A DNA stretch of 38,748 bases, from assembly GCA_963598715.1 (NCBI GenBank), contig CAVBWE010000041.1, positions 1 to 38,748 on the forward strand. The letters are read 5' to 3'. The position numbers and the translations under genes are program-made. This document shows positions 35,239 through 38,748 of this stretch, one piece after another (position 1 is the first letter of the stretch; each line of letters begins with the position of its first letter). The notes under the pieces were generated by a model that saw only the letters and a program-made list of their open reading frames with translations, did not search any database and was not told the origin of the DNA. Origin of the DNA: Sphaerochaetaceae bacterium. Lineage in GTDB: Bacteria > Spirochaetota > Spirochaetia > Sphaerochaetales > Sphaerochaetaceae.

Positions 35239-35670
35239 TTAATCTTTATCGAAAATATCCAGGAGTCCCGATGCGGTCTTCTCAATCCTGTCAGTGAGCC
35301 TGGAAAATGATGAGGGCGAGAGGATTGAATACATCCTGTCCCTGAATGAGGCGAACTCCTCCGATGAGGAGAACTCAGCTATGCCGGCAGAGCCCGACCT
35401 TACAGCCTCCGAAAGCCCCCTGAGGAACCTGCGTCCCTCTTCGCTGTTGATGTATCCGGAGACTTTCTGGCGCTCTTCCTCCGTCATGTAATTCGCCTTG
35501 TAGAGAAGGGCCGCAAATGTTTCCTCCACAGCCTTGTCGCTGTCGGCAGCCGTTCCGAAATACTTGAGCGATATATTCGGAAAAAAGAAGAAAAGAACAA
35601 GAAAGACAACTGCTGACAGAATAAGTACTGTCAGCAGACCCTTGAATAAACCGGTATTTTTCCGTTCCAT
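35239..35670 (-). CDS. Hypothetical membrane-anchored protein
   Basis: 143 aa with a single N-terminal TM (GLLTVLILSAVVFLVLFFFF) and a helical remainder. Lies 6 nt downstream of the OMP gene. No family recognised. Confidence 0.55.
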   Translation of the reverse strand: MERKNTGLFKGLLTVLILSAVVFLVLFFFFPNISLKYFGTAADSDKAVEETFAALLYKANYMTEEERQKVSGYINSEEGRRFLRGLSEAVRSGSAGIAEFSSSEEFASFRDRMYSILSPSSFSRLTDRIEKTASGLLDIFDKD

Positions 35671-35676
35671 AATGCC

Positions 35677-36282
35677 TCAGAAGAAATTGAAGAGCAGCCC
35701 GGCCGTCACGGTTGTAGCCGTCAGCGTCGGTGTCAGTGCTTCAATGACGGATATGTTCTGCACGGAGTTCAGCTTCTCTGGTGTCTGCGTTGTCGGGGCA
35801 ACAACAGAAAGGGCAAATGTGACCCTGCGGCCGAGGTTGATGTCCACTGCTCCCCTGTAGAAGAGTGTGCTTGACATGATATAGTCCTTTGCCTCCGCAG
35901 AACCGAGACCGTTGAAGAGCCACTGAGACTTCGAATCCTTTGCAGCCGCACATTTCAGACCGCCGCCGATGATGAAATCCATGAAGGCAAGCTTTGCCTT
36001 GAAACCCATGGAAGCATAGATGTCAAAGGATTCAAGAAGAAGCTGATCCGAAAAGAATGCCTTTATCTCCTGTTCAAGCACGAGCGAGCCGAAATTGAGC
36101 CTCAGATCCGCTCCCAGATGAAAGCGCGAGAAGTCAAGCTTGTCGAATTCAACGGGTGTGCTTTTTGCCGTATCAATCGGAAAATCTATCGTATAGGAAG
36201 GCCCGAACTGCACAAATGATGCATTGAGCGCGAAAGTCGCAATCACACAAAGACATAAAACAGTAATTATTTTCTTCTTCAT
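35677..36282 (-). CDS. Putative outer-membrane beta-barrel protein
   Basis: Signal peptide MKKKIITVLCLCVIATFALNA, alternating hydrophobic beta-strand pattern, and the aromatic C-terminus ...TAGLLFNFF typical of OMP C-terminal signals. Confidence 0.6.
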   Translation of the reverse strand: MKKKIITVLCLCVIATFALNASFVQFGPSYTIDFPIDTAKSTPVEFDKLDFSRFHLGADLRLNFGSLVLEQEIKAFFSDQLLLESFDIYASMGFKAKLAFMDFIIGGGLKCAAAKDSKSQWLFNGLGSAEAKDYIMSSTLFYRGAVDINLGRRVTFALSVVAPTTQTPEKLNSVQNISVIEALTPTLTATTVTAGLLFNFF

Positions 36283-36303
36283 TTTCTTACCACCATCATT
36301 CTG

Positions 36304-38247
36304 TTAAACACCACCGGCGGTACAATGGTTACATTCATTCCACTCTTTTTCGAGTTCCTCCAGCCAGACATTGCATGAGGCATCCGAAGGCATCCTCCAG
36401 TCCGAGCGCGGGGATAGCGTCACCGCTCCGACCTTCGGCCCGTCAGGAAGGCATGAGCGCTTGAACTGCTGGGAGAAGAAGCGCCGGATGAATGTCCTGA
36501 GCCATTTATATACTGTTTCTCCGTCATATGTTCCGTTGAATGCGACAAGCGCCAGCCGGAGCGTCTTTCCTGCTCCGAAGGACTGCCTGACAATTGAATG
36601 AAGGAAGAAGTCATGAAGTTCATACGGCCCCACTATATCCTCGGTCACCTGGCTTATGTTGCCGTCCTTTCCAGGTATGAGTTCAGGAGAAACAGGAGTA
36701 TCGAGAATATCCAGAAGGACATCCCTGCACTCTCCGTCACACTCGTTTTCGGCATAATACCTTACAAGGCTTCTTACCAGCGTCTTGGGAACTCCTGCAT
36801 TGACACCGTACATCGACATGTGGTCTCCGTTGTATGTAGCCCAGCCAAGGGCAAGCTCACTCAGGTCTCCCGTTCCGATGACGATTGCGCCGAGTCTGTT
36901 TGCCATGTCCATGAGAACCTGGGTCCTTTCCCGGGCCTGCGAATTCTCATATGTCACGGAATAATCGTTTTCGTCCTGCCCGATATCCCGGAAGTGAGAC
37001 CGTACGCTTTCTGTTATGTCTATCGTGGTGAAGCCTGTTCCAAGTGCCGAGGCAAGCTTTTCGGCATTGCTTCTTGTTCTCTTCGTTGTTCCGAAACAGG
37101 GCATCGTGACGGCAAGGATATTGTGTCTGTCAATGGAAAGTGAATCGAAGGCCTTCACCGCCACCAGGAAGGCAAGTGTACTGTCCAGACCTCCGGAGAG
37201 TCCTATCACGCACTTCTCCGAGTGTATATGCTCCAGTCTTCTCCTGAGTCCCATTGCCTGAAGGGTGAGTATCTTGAGACACCGGCGGAAACGTCCCTCG
37301 TCATCCTTCGGCACAAACGGGGAAGGATCGATTTTCCGTGTCAGAAGAGTCTTTTCCTCATTGAAGGAAATGCCTATGTATTCATAGCCGGAAGAGCAGA
37401 GGGGGAATGTGTTCCTCTTTTCCCTTTCCGTCCGGAGCCTGTCGGTGTCTATCTCGGTGACAAGAAGTTCGCCGAGGCTGTAAGGAACAGAGAGAAGCTC
37501 CACGCCGTTCTCGCTTATGATATCGGAGCCCGTGAACACCATGTCCTGGGTCGATTCGCCTTCCGATGCATCTGCATAGATGTAGGCGGAAAGTGTCCTT
37601 GCACTCTGCATGCCGACAAGGCTTCTTCTGTACTCCTCCTTCCCTACAAGCTCATCCGATGCGCTGAGATTGACGATAAGCGTCGCTCCGGCCATGGCGT
37701 GGTGTGTGGAAGGGGGATCCGCAACCCAGAGGTCCTCGCATATTTCACATGCGATATTGAGTGAGGACGGAAGGGAAGCAGAGAGGATTATCCTGTTACC
37801 GAGGGGAACCTTTCCCCACCTGGTATCGACGGCAATGTTCTCGTCGGGACATGGAGTGAACCATCTCGTCTCATAGAACTCCGCATAGGTCGGAAGATTC
37901 TTCTTTGCATAATATGCCAGCACCCTGCCGTTCTGGATTGCCGCGGCACAATTGTACAGCTTTCCCTTCCATTCGACCGGGCAGCCGGCAAAGACCAGGA
38001 TGTCACTTCCCTCCGTTGAAGAGACAATCCTCTCCATTTCCCTTTGGGAAGATGAGAGGAGGGAACGCTGGAAGAAGAGGTCACCGCATGTATAGCCTGT
38101 AACCGAAAGCTCAGGAAAGACAAGCACCTTCACATGCTTTTCTTCCGCAAGGGCAATCAGCCTTATGATTTCATTTGAATTATACGCAGTGTCCGCCACA
38201 CGCAGCGACGGCGAAACAGCTGCAACCTTGATGAATCCGTCTTTCAT
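36304..38247 (-). CDS. nadE: Glutamine-dependent NAD+ synthetase
   Basis: N-terminal CN-hydrolase (glutaminase) domain (VLVFPELSVTGYTCGDLFF, ...CEDLW) and a C-terminal synthetase domain with the PP-loop GLSGGLDSTLA. Confidence 0.9.
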   Translation of the reverse strand: MKDGFIKVAAVSPSLRVADTAYNSNEIIRLIALAEEKHVKVLVFPELSVTGYTCGDLFFQRSLLSSSQREMERIVSSTEGSDILVFAGCPVEWKGKLYNCAAAIQNGRVLAYYAKKNLPTYAEFYETRWFTPCPDENIAVDTRWGKVPLGNRIILSASLPSSLNIACEICEDLWVADPPSTHHAMAGATLIVNLSASDELVGKEEYRRSLVGMQSARTLSAYIYADASEGESTQDMVFTGSDIISENGVELLSVPYSLGELLVTEIDTDRLRTEREKRNTFPLCSSGYEYIGISFNEEKTLLTRKIDPSPFVPKDDEGRFRRCLKILTLQAMGLRRRLEHIHSEKCVIGLSGGLDSTLAFLVAVKAFDSLSIDRHNILAVTMPCFGTTKRTRSNAEKLASALGTGFTTIDITESVRSHFRDIGQDENDYSVTYENSQARERTQVLMDMANRLGAIVIGTGDLSELALGWATYNGDHMSMYGVNAGVPKTLVRSLVRYYAENECDGECRDVLLDILDTPVSPELIPGKDGNISQVTEDIVGPYELHDFFLHSIVRQSFGAGKTLRLALVAFNGTYDGETVYKWLRTFIRRFFSQQFKRSCLPDGPKVGAVTLSPRSDWRMPSDASCNVWLEELEKEWNECNHCTAGGV

Positions 38248-38297
38248 GGAGAGAGTCTAGCACAGATTTTCTCACTCCGTTAAGAAATCCGGAAAAT

Positions 38298-38561
38298 CTA
38301 TTTCCTGAGAAAACCGAAAAGCCCCTTCTTTTCCTCACACTCACTGCACCTGAAGGAAGTAAGCCTGTAACCGAGTTCTCCAAGCGCCGTTCTGAGTTTC
38401 TCCTCATCTATCGCATCATCGGACCGGATTGTTGTCTCTCCGCCGTTCTTGAGCGTAGCCTTCACGCTCCTGACGCTGAAATTCCTTCTGATGCAGTCAT
38501 TGACGTGACTGGTACACATGGAGCACATCATGCCGTCAATACATGCCTTTGTCTCGTACAT
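38298..38561 (-). CDS. Heavy-metal-associated (HMA) domain protein, CopZ-like metallochaperone
   Basis: 87 aa. The metal-binding motif GMMCSMC sits near the N-terminus in a ferredoxin-like length context, and there is an extra C-terminal CSEC. AAGGGAGA RBS. Confidence 0.75.
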   Translation of the reverse strand: MYETKACIDGMMCSMCTSHVNDCIRRNFSVRSVKATLKNGGETTIRSDDAIDEEKLRTALGELGYRLTSFRCSECEEKKGLFGFLRK

Positions 38562-38579
38562 TTCATTTCTCCCTTCTCA

Positions 38580-38608
38580 ATGATAGACGGAGAGAAAGCT
38601 GGTTTCAA
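38580..38608 (-). promoter_or_regulatory. Sigma70-like promoter candidate for the HMA gene
   Basis: On the minus strand: TTGAAA (38608-38603), 17-nt spacer, TATCAT (38585-38580), about 20 nt upstream of the RBS and ATG at 38561. Confidence 0.35.
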
Positions 38609-38620
38609 CTGTCTCGGGGC

Positions 38621-38653
38621 GGAAAATAAATACAGCCCCTTTTCCGGGGGCTG
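38621..38653 (-). terminator. Intrinsic terminator of the upstream (right-edge) minus-strand gene
   Basis: Minus strand: CAGCCCC-cggaaaa-GGGGCTG followed by TATTTATTTT. It starts about 25 nt after the stop at 38677-38679. Confidence 0.55.
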
Positions 38654-38676
38654 CATCGTTTTCACTGAAATACGGC

Positions 38677-38748
38677 TCAGAGCTGAGGGCCGGCAGCAAC
38701 AAGTGCCTTGCCTTCTTCGGAAGACTCGTACTTTGCGAAGTTCTTGAT
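38677..38748 (-). CDS. 3' end (23 codons plus stop) of an unidentified CDS continuing beyond the window
   Basis: My translation of the minus strand from the window edge is IKNFAKYESSEEGKALVAAGPQL*, open to the edge and followed by a good terminator. Too short to assign a product. Confidence 0.35.
   Translation of the reverse strand: MKNFAKYESSEEGKALVAAGPQL

Noticed and set aside
1-38748. Defence systems, prophage, transposon or integron features, toxin-antitoxin pairs, and tRNA/rRNA genes
   Set aside because: No integrase, transposase, recombinase, nuclease-helicase defence architecture, terminal inverted repeats, att-like duplications or tRNA-like conserved T-arm sequences were seen on reading both strands. 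Apart from 1-470, composition appears uniform. This absence is judged by eye and should be confirmed with tRNAscan, ISfinder and DefenseFinder.

Overview
The window is 38.7 kb of densely coding chromosomal DNA at about 50% GC, with 31 complete or near-complete CDSs, two edge-truncated CDSs and one gene remnant. Most genes are housekeeping. The plus-strand blocks are a surface-glycopolymer locus (1-4523), a MATE efflux gene, a three-gene amino-acid ABC importer, a BspA-like LRR lipoprotein, and the EF-P genes (epmA, efp, epmB). The minus-strand genes are aspartate kinase (lysC); a tightly coupled 13-kb nine-gene array (mnmE, mnmG, rsmG, ftsK, DEAD-box helicase, ABC exporter, plsC, DUF1294, M29 aminopeptidase); a deoD/MFS pair; and a second array (nadE, beta-barrel OMP, hypothetical, polA, coaE, hypothetical). 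An HMA metal-binding protein and the 3' end of an unidentified CDS sit at the right edge. Gene content and protein style (relaxed lipobox, BspA-type LRR, very K/E/R-rich linkers) suggest a Treponema-like spirochaete or another anaerobic gut/oral bacterium, but I cannot verify this without a search. I found no rRNA, tRNA, CRISPR array, transposase, integrase or recognisable defence module, and no self-contained novel system. The items most worth a second look are: (1) a class-V aminotransferase coupled to a TagD-type cytidylyltransferase fused to a Gfo/Idh/MocA oxidoreductase, next to a decayed TagF-like gene and a low-GC glycosyltransferase fragment; (2) a MinD-like amphipathic C-terminal helix on the DEAD-box helicase; (3) an about 540-aa FtsK linker with a triplicated HPRYR(M/L)FE(S/A)L motif; (4) a 545-bp structured non-coding region between lysC and the MATE gene that carries an orphan plus-strand terminator. 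All functional calls come from motif recognition in the supplied translations; no database search was run.
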